NCBI GenBank assembly: GCA_029856145.1
Contig: JAHQWK010000001.1
Coordinates: 448,001-512,000, forward strand
Direction: 5' to 3'
DNA length: 64,000 nt
Source: Promethearchaeia archaeon
GTDB lineage: Archaea > Asgardarchaeota > Lokiarchaeia > Sigyniarchaeales > SOKP01
Part shown: positions 9,340 to 19,353 of the stretch, piece by piece
How the letters are laid out: every line of letters starts with the position of its first letter
Numbering within the stretch: position 1 is the stretch's first letter
The notes under the pieces: model-generated
What the model was told of the DNA's origin: nothing
The model's input: only the letters and a program-made list of their open reading frames with translations
Databases searched by the model: none
Translations under genes and position numbers: made by a program

Positions 9340-11205
9340 CTAAAGATATTGAAAGGTCCAATCTAACTCTAATTCTTCTAATTTTGATTTCGTTGGTATT
9401 CCCTCATCATTCCACCCCATCATTTTATAATAAGTAGTTATCGCATTTTTAAGTTCTTCTGGTTTAATTGATGTTTCTGCGAGGGCTCCTGATGTATGAG
9501 GTTGGAAAAATCTTTCAGGTAACCAATCATCTTTTTTTGTAAGTCCTTCTCTTATATTAAAAACTCGTGCCATAGTTGTAATTCTCTCTCCTACTTTCAT
9601 TAATTCCCAAGTTGAAGAATACCAACCAGTTACAGCTCTTACAATTTCAGGTATATCAATATAATCCCAAGGTAAGAAATAACATATTAATAAAGCATTA
9701 AATAAATTACGCCAATTACTATAATATACTAACGCGCGAACTTTCTTTGCCCCTATATCATCAAGCTCAAGCGGCTCTAAAATCCCTATAGCACTATGAA
9801 CAGCTATTGATCTTTCACTTGTAATTGAAGTATCATGTAAATTTGCCATATGTTCAGCACCTGTAGGTGAAATTGTATAGCCCACTCCTAGTCCCTGTTT
9901 TAACCGAGGTTCATGCATTGGAATCTCTTGCCCTTTAACGTGCATAGCGAACTTATCTGCTCCATTTTTTATTTCTTCAGCAGCCCTTTTAACACCTTCC
10001 GCTAAAATATCACCTAATCCTTCACGTTTACAAATCATTTCAACCATCTTAACCATCGCTTCAGCATTTCCAAAATTTAATTTTATTCCATTTGTATCTT
10101 TATCAGATAAGATTCCATTTTCATAACATTCCATTGCAAATCCAATAGAAACTCCCGTAGAAATAGTATCTATTGAATATTTGTTACAAAGTTCATTAGC
10201 TTTGCACACCGCTTTTATATCATCCACATCACAATTGGATCCAAATGCAGCAATCGATTCATATTCAGGACCTCCATAAATTGGATCAACATTCCACGGC
10301 TCTCCAATTTCGACAATTTTCTTACACCGAATTGAACATGCATAACAAGCTTCCATTTTAAGACTAATTTCTTGTTTCATAATACCAGGATCTAAAGCGT
10401 TTGCACCTAAAAAATTACCATCCCTAAAATTTCGTGTTGGAAGATTTCCAGATGTAGCAAATTGCTCCATTATTCCCCCTCCTGTACCATACTCAAAATA
10501 ACCCTTCATAGGTTTATATGCAACTTCATTAAACTCTTTTATTTTCGCTCTCAATTTTTCTTTGTCAATAACTTCGAGTTTTTTATGTCCTCTAACAGCA
10601 ATAGCTTTTAAATTCTTAGAACCCATTACAGCGCCCATCCCTGTACGACCAGCAGCATTTCTTAGATCATTTATAACACAAGCATAACGTACCATTTGTT
10701 CTCCTCCAGGGCCAATTTGAGCTACGCGAATTAACTTATCATCCAACTCTTTTTGAATAATTTCTTGTGCTTCTCCAGTAACTTTTCCCCAAAGATGACT
10801 TGCATCCCTTAATTCCGCCTCTCCATCATTTATCCATATATACACAGGATTTTTTGCTTTCCCCTCTACTATTATCGCATCAAATCCCGCATGTTTTAAT
10901 TCAGCACCCCAATGACCCCCAACCTCAGCCTCACCAAAACCACCTGTTAAAGGGGATTTGGCACCAACACTGTTTCTGCCTGTTCCAGGTATCGCAAACC
11001 CAGTTAAAGGACCAGTAGCAAAAATTAATTTATTTTCAGGACTTAAAGGGTCAATTCCTGCTTTTAATTCCTTTAATAAATAATACGCTACGAATCCTTC
11101 ACCACCAATATATCGCCGGTAGAATATATCATCGGGGTTTTCGGTTGAGACTTTTTCTTCTGTTAAATCTACCCTAAGAATATTTCCAGTATATCCATTT
11201 ACCAT
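9340..11205 (-). CDS. aor: Tungsten-dependent aldehyde:ferredoxin oxidoreductase family
   Basis: GY.G.ILRVDL, KSPLTG, AAGRTGMGAVMGSKNLKAI, CYACSIRC, GPEYE, DTISTG, HVKGQE. Confidence 0.93.
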   Translation of the reverse strand: MVNGYTGNILRVDLTEEKVSTENPDDIFYRRYIGGEGFVAYYLLKELKAGIDPLSPENKLIFATGPLTGFAIPGTGRNSVGAKSPLTGGFGEAEVGGHWGAELKHAGFDAIIVEGKAKNPVYIWINDGEAELRDASHLWGKVTGEAQEIIQKELDDKLIRVAQIGPGGEQMVRYACVINDLRNAAGRTGMGAVMGSKNLKAIAVRGHKKLEVIDKEKLRAKIKEFNEVAYKPMKGYFEYGTGGGIMEQFATSGNLPTRNFRDGNFLGANALDPGIMKQEISLKMEACYACSIRCKKIVEIGEPWNVDPIYGGPEYESIAAFGSNCDVDDIKAVCKANELCNKYSIDTISTGVSIGFAMECYENGILSDKDTNGIKLNFGNAEAMVKMVEMICKREGLGDILAEGVKRAAEEIKNGADKFAMHVKGQEIPMHEPRLKQGLGVGYTISPTGAEHMANLHDTSITSERSIAVHSAIGILEPLELDDIGAKKVRALVYYSNWRNLFNALLICYFLPWDYIDIPEIVRAVTGWYSSTWELMKVGERITTMARVFNIREGLTKKDDWLPERFFQPHTSGALAETSIKPEELKNAITTYYKMMGWNDEGIPTKSKLEELELDWTFQYL

Positions 11206-11611
11206 ATAAAACCCTTACATTTGGAATATTTTTTAATAATATTTAGTTAAATTTCATCTCATTTATATTTCTTATTTAAATCAAATCTCTGTTTTCTAAT
11301 TATTGTTTAAAATAATCTTCAATAATGAATTTTGCCAATATATAGTTTGAAATTCTGAACTTTACCCGAAGTCCAAATTTATATCGAACTAATGCAAATT
11401 CATATTTTTATTGATTTTTTTTTTTAGATTGGTAATCTGAGGATCGATATTTACATTAAAATACTTATTAATACTCGATAACTTCGCTGAAATATAGTAA
11501 AAAATATAAATTCATCGACATTTACAATTAACATCTAATAAAAATAATTTTCTATTAAAATTATATAATAATAAACATTACATAATGAAAATAAATGGAA
11601 ATTGATGAATT

Positions 11612-12907
11612 ATGCCAAGTGATAAGGAGCATTTAAATTTAGTCATAATAGGACACATTGACCACGGTAAGAGTACTATGATGGGAGCTCTTCTCATAGA
11701 AACTGGTGCAGTATCCGATAGGGAAGCTCGTGAATTAGATAAATTAGCTAAGGAATACGATCGAGACTCATGGTCATACGCATTTGTCTTTGACAGGTTA
11801 AAAGAAGAACGACAAAGAGGAATTACAATTGACCTAGCATTTCGAAAATTTGAAACCAAAACTAAATATTTCACAATCATCGACGCACCAGGCCACGCAG
11901 ATTTTGTAAAAAATATGATCACAGGTGCCTCCCAAGCTGATGCTGCCATCCTAGTCGTTTCTGGTAAGAAAGGAGAAATGGAGGTTGGAATTGCAGCTAA
12001 TGGACAGACTCGTGAACACGCTTATTTAGCACAAACTTTAGGTGTAAAACAACTTGTTGTTGCTATCAACAAAGCTGATATTTACAATTATGCTGAGGAC
12101 CGATTTAATGAATGCAAGGATTCCGTTGGTGATCTTCTTAATAGTATTGGTTTCAAGGATGTAAATTACATTCCAACTAGCGGAATGGCCATGGATAATT
12201 TATCAAAGAAGAGTGATAAATTGTCTTGGTATGATGGTCCAACTCTGATTGAAGCAATTGATCAATTTGTCCTTCCTGAAAAGCCAACTGGTAAACCTTT
12301 AAGGCTTCCTATTCAAGATTGCTATTCAATTAAAGGGACAGGGGTTGTCCCCGTTGGTAGAGTAGAGACCGGAATTTTAAAGAAAGGAGATAAAATAATT
12401 ATTATGCCAACTGGATTTAAAGGGGAAATCCGAAGTATAGAAATGCATCATGAAGAGATTCCACAAGCCATACCTGGAGACAATATTGGATTTAGTATTC
12501 GAGGAATAACAATGGAAGATGCAAGTCGGGGCGATTGTTTAGGACATCCTAAAGATCCACCAACGGTAATCACACCGAAGGGAAAATGGACAGGACAGAT
12601 TATAGTAATCTGGCACCCTACTGCAGTTGCGCAAGGTTACACCCCAGTAATCCATGCACATACAGCACAAGTAGCTGCAAAATTCACCAGCTTAGTTAAA
12701 AAATTAGATCAGAAAACTAGTGCTGTAATTGAAGATAAACCTAAGTTTCTTAAGAAAAATGAAGCTGCTATTGTGGAGTTATCCCCGATTCAGAAAATGT
12801 GTCTCGAGAAATATGAATTATTTCCCGAAATGGGTCGATTTGCTGTACGCGATATGGGCCGGACCGTAGCGGTGGGTATAGTAAAAGAAATTGACACCGG
12901 TGCATAA
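11612..12907 (+). CDS. tuf: Elongation factor 1-alpha
   Basis: GHIDHGKST, ERQRGITID, DAPGHADFVKNMITG, NKAD, GRFAVRDM. Confidence 0.97.
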   Translation: MPSDKEHLNLVIIGHIDHGKSTMMGALLIETGAVSDREARELDKLAKEYDRDSWSYAFVFDRLKEERQRGITIDLAFRKFETKTKYFTIIDAPGHADFVKNMITGASQADAAILVVSGKKGEMEVGIAANGQTREHAYLAQTLGVKQLVVAINKADIYNYAEDRFNECKDSVGDLLNSIGFKDVNYIPTSGMAMDNLSKKSDKLSWYDGPTLIEAIDQFVLPEKPTGKPLRLPIQDCYSIKGTGVVPVGRVETGILKKGDKIIIMPTGFKGEIRSIEMHHEEIPQAIPGDNIGFSIRGITMEDASRGDCLGHPKDPPTVITPKGKWTGQIIVIWHPTAVAQGYTPVIHAHTAQVAAKFTSLVKKLDQKTSAVIEDKPKFLKKNEAAIVELSPIQKMCLEKYELFPEMGRFAVRDMGRTVAVGIVKEIDTGA

Positions 12908-12918
12908 AAAGTCTACAA

Positions 12919-12961
12919 TTGATTTTTTTTATTCTATTTTAACTTACTATTTGTTTTTTTT
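12919..12961 (+). terminator. Oligo-T archaeal terminator region after tuf
   Basis: Two long T runs within about 55 nt of the stop codon. Confidence 0.4.
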
Positions 12962-13201
12962 AAAATTCTATATTTAACTAGATTCATTTTTCATTAAATT
13001 CTCAAATTATTTACAAATAAAAAAGATATATAGGAGAAAAATTTCAACCAAAAAACATCATTCATGTTAAATTAGATAGTGTTGATACAATAGAATTTTT
13101 CTTTTAAAATTTTCATGTCATGTCAATATCATTTTAATTTTTGAACAATTTTCTGCCTTTTCTAATTAACGTAATTTTGCATTAGAAAGGGTTGACATAA
13201 A

Positions 13202-13675
13202 GTTTATACAACAAAACAAAAAATTTGCCTTGTAGGGCATAGCGGGGTTGGTAAATCATCACTATTATCTTTGCTTCAAGGACGTAATGTATCAAAAGAA
13301 GCAAATCCAACTGTAGGATTAGAAATTGAGGATTCAAACCTTAATGGGAAAAAGATTAACATATGGGATTTTGGAGGTCAAGCACGGTTTAGATTCATGT
13401 GGCAAGACTTTTTAAGAGGAGCAGGCTTAACTGTTTTAGTTTGTGATTCTACAGAAGATAATATTAAAAAAACTAAAGATATCTTTAAGAAGTTCTCACG
13501 ATATATGGATACTAAAATTATTGCTATAGCAAATAAACAAGATCTTCCAGGTGCATTAAAAGCAAAGAAAGTTCAGAAAAAATTAGGTATTCCAACATAT
13601 GGAATGTCTGCTATCAGATTGGACTTACGAGATAGAATACGTGAAATTTTGGAATATGAGATTGAAAAAGATTAG
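13202..13675 (+). CDS. Stand-alone Arf-like small GTPase; start uncertain, upstream of the listed TTG 13271
   Basis: In-frame upstream VYTTKQKICLVGHSGVGKSS supplies the G1 box; PTVG, WDFGGQ, ANKQDL, MSA. Confidence 0.8.
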   Translation, partial: VYTTKQKICLVGHSGVGKSSLLSLLQGRNVSKEANPTVGLEIEDSNLNGKKINIWDFGGQARFRFMWQDFLRGAGLTVLVCDSTEDNIKKTKDIFKKFSRYMDTKIIAIANKQDLPGALKAKKVQKKLGIPTYGMSAIRLDLRDRIREILEYEIEKD

Positions 13676-13691
13676 ATAAAATTTTAAATTC

Positions 13692-14252
13692 TCAAAAAAT
13701 TTTTCCAATTAAGTGTGCTATTCTCACTGATTCTGGTAATTTGGAATCTATACATATTTTTTCTAAAAGAGACTCGACTTCTTTAACGTTAATACCCTTG
13801 CAATGGAAGTATATTTTTGAGAAACCTCCTGCGGTATTAATTTCTGTTTCATATAAATTACCTGCATCAATAATACATCTCATCTTATTTCTATATGTAT
13901 TGGGAAATTTTTGTAAAAGAGCTTTCCTTACAGAATCAAAATCTACTTCTCGTTCTGTTATAGCGATAATCGGTTTTCCTGTTTTAGTATAAACTTCATT
14001 TAAATTAACAAGATTGAACCCACCAAAAGTGATTGTATGGGTTAAAACATATTGTGCCTGTTTTTCATTTTTCTTTATCAATTTTATTAATTTTTCAGTC
14101 GCATCGTCACCATCTATCATGATTTCATCTTTTATAACACCTACCAACCTTGTTCCTTGGCAAATAACTCCAATTAATTGAGTTGTTTTAACACTTGTTT
14201 TTAACTTAAAAGATGCATCGTCAAATCCAATTGTTATAGGATTATCTTTCAT
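13692..14252 (-). CDS. DUF99 / endonuclease V-like protein
   Basis: IGFDD, IDGDDAT, ITFGGFN, KLPE..RIAHLI. Confidence 0.85.
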   Translation of the reverse strand: MKDNPITIGFDDASFKLKTSVKTTQLIGVICQGTRLVGVIKDEIMIDGDDATEKLIKLIKKNEKQAQYVLTHTITFGGFNLVNLNEVYTKTGKPIIAITEREVDFDSVRKALLQKFPNTYRNKMRCIIDAGNLYETEINTAGGFSKIYFHCKGINVKEVESLLEKICIDSKLPESVRIAHLIGKIF

Positions 14253-14256
14253 TTTT

Positions 14257-14709
14257 CTATTTTTCAGGTAGAAATTTTTTAATATAATTTAAAAGATTAG
14301 TAAAGGCGATGGTAGCTTTTTCAATTTCTTTAGTTCGATTATAAAGATCCCCTGAAAGATTATCTGCTAAAAAATCAATAATATCTTTTAAAGACATTTT
14401 ATTATTAAGCCACACGTAAGCTACTATTGATTCAACAGTATCAGCAAGATCATGAGCATTAGCCCTAGTTTTTGCAAAACTTTTCATATTTGCATTTTTT
14501 AGGGCAGTTTCTAAAATTGTTTTACTTACTTTTTTTCCTGTTCTAATATTATTATCATTTGGATTGTTTTTTGTTAGAAAAATAGATTTTGCTACCGAAT
14601 AAGTCAAGTTAACTATTCCATCTCCAATTTTAGCCAATCCTTTATCGGTACCGATGGCCCTTTGCGATTTATTAAGATTTAAATCTGAAATTAAAAACTC
14701 ATAATCCAT
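14257..14709 (-). CDS. Archaeal mini-RNase III-like protein
   Basis: DKGLAKIGD..VNL.YS and ADTVESIVAY RNase III-like signatures; lies between rpoL and DUF99. Confidence 0.75.
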   Translation of the reverse strand: MDYEFLISDLNLNKSQRAIGTDKGLAKIGDGIVNLTYSVAKSIFLTKNNPNDNNIRTGKKVSKTILETALKNANMKSFAKTRANAHDLADTVESIVAYVWLNNKMSLKDIIDFLADNLSGDLYNRTKEIEKATIAFTNLLNYIKKFLPEK

Positions 14710-14766
14710 TAAGATAGGTTGAATTAAGGCATCTTATAAAGTTTTCATAAAAAAGAGAATAATATT

Positions 14767-15252
14767 TTATGTAAGTTTTTTAAATAACTTTTGAACTAGA
14801 AGAACTTCTTCTCTTAATGACTCAATTCCTTTATGTAAAATATCTTTAATTTTATATTTTTTAGAATTTTCAAGACGTATGAAAATTTGAGCTGGACTTA
14901 TATTAGTTACTTTATATGCGGCAATGTTAACTCCTTCAATTTCTAATAAGTGCTTCACAAGAATATTACAAAATCCATGAGATTGTCCTTCAACTATTAA
15001 TTCATAATCATTTTCGCCTACCCCTAAATTTAGCTTCAAATTAAGAAATTTATAATCTAGAAATCTAGGTTCTTCCTCTAATTCAAATTCTTCGTCTTCA
15101 ATTTCTTCTTCATCTGAGGAAGGAATTGATCCTACTTCCTCTTTCCCTTCCACCTTGGGGTAAACACTTTCAATTTCTTCATCATCTAATAATTCATCCA
15201 CAATTTCATCTTCATCTTTAACTTCTGTTTTGACTGCTTTTTTTTTTGCCAT
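14767..15252 (-). CDS. rpoL: RNA polymerase subunit L (Rpo11) with acidic N-terminal extension
   Basis: ELIVEGQSHGFCNIL...L....V..AAY; in csl4 cluster; ATG 15252 with GGGAG upstream. Confidence 0.8.
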   Translation of the reverse strand: MAKKKAVKTEVKDEDEIVDELLDDEEIESVYPKVEGKEEVGSIPSSDEEEIEDEEFELEEEPRFLDYKFLNLKLNLGVGENDYELIVEGQSHGFCNILVKHLLEIEGVNIAAYKVTNISPAQIFIRLENSKKYKIKDILHKGIESLREEVLLVQKLFKKLT

Positions 15253-15338
15253 TATTATGACTCCCAATGATTAGGATTTGATAACCTTAATAAATAGTAT
15301 TTAAATTAAAATAAATTTTTTATGGTTTTATATAAATC

Positions 15339-15557
15339 TCACAAATAACGATTTGCTAAATCTTTTAATCTTCCAGTTGCTAAGTGTTGAAGATCTCTTG
15401 AACCAAAAAGTGTGATTTTTATGCTTTTACCAACAACAGAAACATCTAGATTCAGATAATTCACTTTTTTCTGAACATTTTCAAGAAATTTGATAACATT
15501 ATCCAATGAGCCACTATTATTATAGAAGTGAATTACCTTTTTCCCTAACTTTCTCAC
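15339..15557 (-). CDS. Small protein resembling the N-terminal domain of DUF2067
   Basis: KKVIHF...FLE.V..., IKITLFGS..L..A..RLK; position between csl4 and rpoL. Confidence 0.5.
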   Translation of the reverse strand: MRKLGKKVIHFYNNSGSLDNVIKFLENVQKKVNYLNLDVSVVGKSIKITLFGSRDLQHLATGRLKDLANRYL

Positions 15558-15593
15558 TTAATAAACACTCACATTTTTTAAATAAAAAGAAAA

Positions 15594-16205
15594 TTAAAAT
15601 CTTAAATTATTAGTTACATTTCCATAATCACTGGTGAGTTTTCTGCTCTCCACATTACCGCATCGATCACATTTTAGTTTGTTGTACCCTATTTTTTTAA
15701 GTGGATCCCCACAGATTACACAATCCGCATAAATAACACCTAGATCCTTACCAGTGGTGCTTAATTTATATTCAGTATAATTTTGCTCTACTACACGAGC
15801 GCGTACTATATCCGTTATTTGAAAAGCATCACTGATTCTTTCTACATACCTATCTGAGATCTGTGAGACATGTATATTGCCAAAATAACTTGAATTGAAA
15901 TGTATTTTTTTATTTATGGTACAAAAATTAATTCCAACTGAATATTGCCGTAAAAAAAGAATTGAACCAATAACAATATCTCCAATTTTTACAACTTTTC
16001 GATCTTTTTCTTGATGTGTACTTATTTCAATTTTCCTTTCTTTGTTATTAATATTAATCATACCTGTTTTAATGGCAAAGATTTTTCCATCTTTAGTAAA
16101 TGTAGATTGTTTATCGGGGAGGAATTCCTCAACCACTCCAAGTTTTTCCCCCGTTATAACGATATCCCCATCCTTTAGAGATTTCTTACTCAATAATATC
16201 AACAA
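15594..16205 (-). CDS. csl4: Exosome RNA-binding subunit Csl4
   Basis: V..GE.LG..EEFLP, IHVSQ, DIVRARV, LGVIYADC..CG...C..CG.VESRK. Confidence 0.93.
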   Translation of the reverse strand: MLILLSKKSLKDGDIVITGEKLGVVEEFLPDKQSTFTKDGKIFAIKTGMININNKERKIEISTHQEKDRKVVKIGDIVIGSILFLRQYSVGINFCTINKKIHFNSSYFGNIHVSQISDRYVERISDAFQITDIVRARVVEQNYTEYKLSTTGKDLGVIYADCVICGDPLKKIGYNKLKCDRCGNVESRKLTSDYGNVTNNLRF

Positions 16206-16307
16206 TAGTTTTTTAATTTCTCAAACTCTTTCTAATTTAAGTAAATATTATTAAATAAAATAAATAAATTTGATGTCTTAATTTTAAAAGAGTTAACATT
16301 TTTTCAG

Positions 16308-16955
16308 ATGAAAATTAGGAAAAAACAATTAATTTCTATTATTCAGAACACTGAGACATTCACTAACCCTAAAATTGAATTAGAGCAGTATTCTGTAAAT
16401 GCAACTTGTGCGGTAGATATCATATATTATGCGGGTTTTGAATTCAATGACATTAAGCAAGCATTTGTAATTGATTTGGGGGCTGGAACAGGAAGACTTT
16501 CAATCGCAAGTGCACTTTTTAAGGCTAATTATGTTCTAAGTGTTGACATCGACGTGAATGCTTTAAATATTTTAAAAAGAAATATTTTTAGCCTTGAATT
16601 AAACCATATTGTATTTCCTATTTGTGCTGATATTGAGTATTTTGAAATTTCAAAAAAACTAATACCTACAAATATGAAAATCACTACAATTATGAATCCT
16701 CCATTTGGAGTACAAACTAAATTTGCGGATAGACCGTTTTTAAAAAGTGCCTTTAATTTTTCTGATATTGTATATTCTATTCATCTATTAAATCCGAAGG
16801 TCAATAAATTTATTTCAAATTATGTTAAAAGATTTAATTGGAAAATCGATAATGTATTTCCTTTTACGATGGTTCTAGAAAGAACGTATCTATTTCACAC
16901 CCAAAAAACTAAAAAGATTAATGTTCTCGTATATAGATTTATAAAAAAAGAATAA
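16308..16955 (+). CDS. METTL5-family rRNA N6-adenine methyltransferase
   Basis: PKIELEQY, DLGAGTG, MNPPFG, AD..FL, VYSIH, FH. Confidence 0.9.
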   Translation: MKIRKKQLISIIQNTETFTNPKIELEQYSVNATCAVDIIYYAGFEFNDIKQAFVIDLGAGTGRLSIASALFKANYVLSVDIDVNALNILKRNIFSLELNHIVFPICADIEYFEISKKLIPTNMKITTIMNPPFGVQTKFADRPFLKSAFNFSDIVYSIHLLNPKVNKFISNYVKRFNWKIDNVFPFTMVLERTYLFHTQKTKKINVLVYRFIKKE

Positions 16956-16975
16956 AAGGAATTGAAAAGTTAAGT

Positions 16976-18280
16976 TTATATAAAATTTTTCCAAGAATCT
17001 AAATATTTGGGATATTTTGCATTTTCTCCTAACATTTCTTCTATCCTTAGTAATTGATTGAACTTGCAGGTTCGATCTGATCTACATGTGGCACCTGTCT
17101 TTAATTGGCCCGTACAGAGTCCAACAGCTAAATCTGCAATGAACGTGTCTTCTGTTTCGCCGGAACGATGAGAAACCATAACATTAAATCCATTATCAAA
17201 AGACATTTTTGCTGCCTTTATAGCTTCAGTTAAAGAACCTATTTGGTTCACTTTAAGTAATAAAGCGTTTCCCGCTTTTTCTTTTACCGCTTTCTCTAGA
17301 ATATTAATATTGGTAACAGTTATATCATCATCAACAATTTGAATAGATTTATCAACTTTTGCGGTTATATTTGAGAAATTCCTAAAATCTTCTTCGTTAA
17401 ACGGATCCTCAATAGATTTGAATGGGTATTCATGGATTAAATCCATATAGTATTCCAATAATTCTTCTTCAGATAGCTTCCTACCATCAATATTATAAGA
17501 ACCATCTTCGAAAAATTCACTAGCAGCAGCATCCATCCCCAGTACAAAATCTATTCCCATGAGAAATCCTGCTGTTTCAATTGCTTCAATAATTATTTCC
17601 ACCGCTTCAGAAGTTAAATTCAAATTCGGAGCAAATCCTCCTTCATCGCCAACATTAATCGAGGAAGGACCATATTTCTTTTTCAACAATTTCTTTAATG
17701 TTTGATATACTTCAGCAACATTTTGAATTGCTTGAGAAAAAGATTCAGCGCCTACCGGTAAAACCATAAATTCTTGAATTGATAAATTATTACCCGCGTG
17801 TTCACCTCCATTTATGATGTTGCAACACGGAAGGGGAAGTAAATAATCATTTCTAGTTTTATTATATGCTAAATTATAAAGATATTCAAATAAGGGTACT
17901 TCAGATAATTGAGATGCTAATCTAGCTATTGCTAATGAAACCGATAATATCGCATTAGCACCTAAGTTTCTCTTATTTTCTGTACCATCTATAGAGATCA
18001 TTTCTTCATCTATTTTCCCTTGTTCTCTAACATCAAATCCTATCAATTTTTTACCTAAAATTTCATTTACGTTAGTAACAGCCTTTAACACGTGCTTTCC
18101 CATGAATTCCTTTCCCCCGTCTCGCAATTCCAATGCTTCTAACACTCCTGTTGATGCTCCTGAGGGAACAGCAGCTCTTGAATAATATTTTCCAGCAAAA
18201 ACATCAGACTCAATAGTTGGATTTCCCCGAGAATCTAAAATCCATCTAGATTTAATTTTGGTAATTTTAAAATCAGTCAT
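16976..18280 (-). CDS. eno: Enolase
   Basis: ILDSRGNPT, VPSGASTG, GDEGGFAP, LLKVNQIG, SHRSGETED. Confidence 0.97.
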   Translation of the reverse strand: MTDFKITKIKSRWILDSRGNPTIESDVFAGKYYSRAAVPSGASTGVLEALELRDGGKEFMGKHVLKAVTNVNEILGKKLIGFDVREQGKIDEEMISIDGTENKRNLGANAILSVSLAIARLASQLSEVPLFEYLYNLAYNKTRNDYLLPLPCCNIINGGEHAGNNLSIQEFMVLPVGAESFSQAIQNVAEVYQTLKKLLKKKYGPSSINVGDEGGFAPNLNLTSEAVEIIIEAIETAGFLMGIDFVLGMDAAASEFFEDGSYNIDGRKLSEEELLEYYMDLIHEYPFKSIEDPFNEEDFRNFSNITAKVDKSIQIVDDDITVTNINILEKAVKEKAGNALLLKVNQIGSLTEAIKAAKMSFDNGFNVMVSHRSGETEDTFIADLAVGLCTGQLKTGATCRSDRTCKFNQLLRIEEMLGENAKYPKYLDSWKNFI

Positions 18281-18381
18281 ACATATCTTATTGTTTTTTT
18301 ATGGATATGAATATTAATAAAGAATTAAGAAAATTTAATTCTTAACATAATAATAAAAAATTTAAATCATATCTAAATAGC

Positions 18382-19353
18382 ATGTCTTTTGAGAATAAGC
18401 CTTGGGTTGAGAAATATCGACCAAGAGTACTGGATGAAATTGTAAACCAGAAGGGAATAATAAGACGTTTAAAGCAATTTGTAAAAGACTTTTCAATGCC
18501 TCATCTCATTTTTGCAGGACCAGCTGGAACAGGGAAAACAACTTCGGCGTTAGCAATGGTAAGAGAATTGTATGGAAGAAAAATGGCTGTTAATAAAACT
18601 TATTTAGAATTAAATGCAAGTGATGCTCGCGGTATTGATGTTATAAGAACTTTTATTAAAGATTTTGCACGAGCACGTCCTCCTGCTGATATCGCCTTTA
18701 AAGTGCTAATTCTTGACGAAGCTGATAATATGACGTCTCCTGCCCTGCAAGCTTTAAGGAGAACAATGGAAAAATATACAAAAAATTGTCGGATGATTTT
18801 AATATGCAATTATTCTAATAAAATAATACCTCCAATTCAATCAAGATGTGTAGTGTTTAGATTTGCTTCTTTAAATAATGATGACATAAAACTTAGAGTA
18901 AAATATGTAGCGAAACAAGAAAATATAAGCTTGACTCCTGGTGGTTTAAATGCGATTGTTGATGTTTCTCGGGGTGATTGTCGAAGAGCAATAAATTATT
19001 TACAATCTTGTGGCACAATATCTAAAAATATTGATCAAGAGATTGTACTTCGCGTTGCTGGAGAAGTTCCTCCTGAAAAAATAAAAGAAATTTTGAATAC
19101 GGCATTAGAAGGTCAATTACAATTATCTATAAAGCTCCTGAACGATTTAATTAAAGAGTATGGACTTTCTGGACAAAATATCATAAAAAATATATATAAA
19201 GAAATTTATGATTTGAAAGTTCGAGAAGATATGAAAATTGAATTAGTAAAATTATTAGCTGAATTTGAATATCGTTTAAGTCAAGGGGGAACAGAGGAAA
19301 TTCAGCTTCAAGCATTATTAGCTAAAATCGTCTTGTTGCAAAGCTCTGAATAA
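18382..19353 (+). CDS. rfcS: Replication factor C small subunit
   Basis: PWVEKYRP, GPAGTGKT, ELNASD, LDEAD, IQSRC. Confidence 0.96.
   Translation: MSFENKPWVEKYRPRVLDEIVNQKGIIRRLKQFVKDFSMPHLIFAGPAGTGKTTSALAMVRELYGRKMAVNKTYLELNASDARGIDVIRTFIKDFARARPPADIAFKVLILDEADNMTSPALQALRRTMEKYTKNCRMILICNYSNKIIPPIQSRCVVFRFASLNNDDIKLRVKYVAKQENISLTPGGLNAIVDVSRGDCRRAINYLQSCGTISKNIDQEIVLRVAGEVPPEKIKEILNTALEGQLQLSIKLLNDLIKEYGLSGQNIIKNIYKEIYDLKVREDMKIELVKLLAEFEYRLSQGGTEEIQLQALLAKIVLLQSSE

Noticed and set aside
11206-11611. Longest intergenic region as a possible ncRNA or replication origin
   Set aside because: No GC-rich stem, tRNA cloverleaf, C/D boxes or ORB-like G-strings seen; explained by divergent aor and tuf promoters.
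13172-13201. Selenocysteine readthrough of the TGA at 13193 before the GTPase
   Set aside because: Only six codons separate it from an upstream TAA, with no canonical start, no redox motif and no recognisable SECIS.
17310-17345. Enolase QIVDDD instead of QIVGDD
   Set aside because: Metal-binding aspartates and the other catalytic motifs are retained; a single substitution is weak evidence.
19318-19353. 36-nt convergent overlap of rfcS and truA
   Set aside because: Short 3' overlaps are common in compact archaeal genomes.
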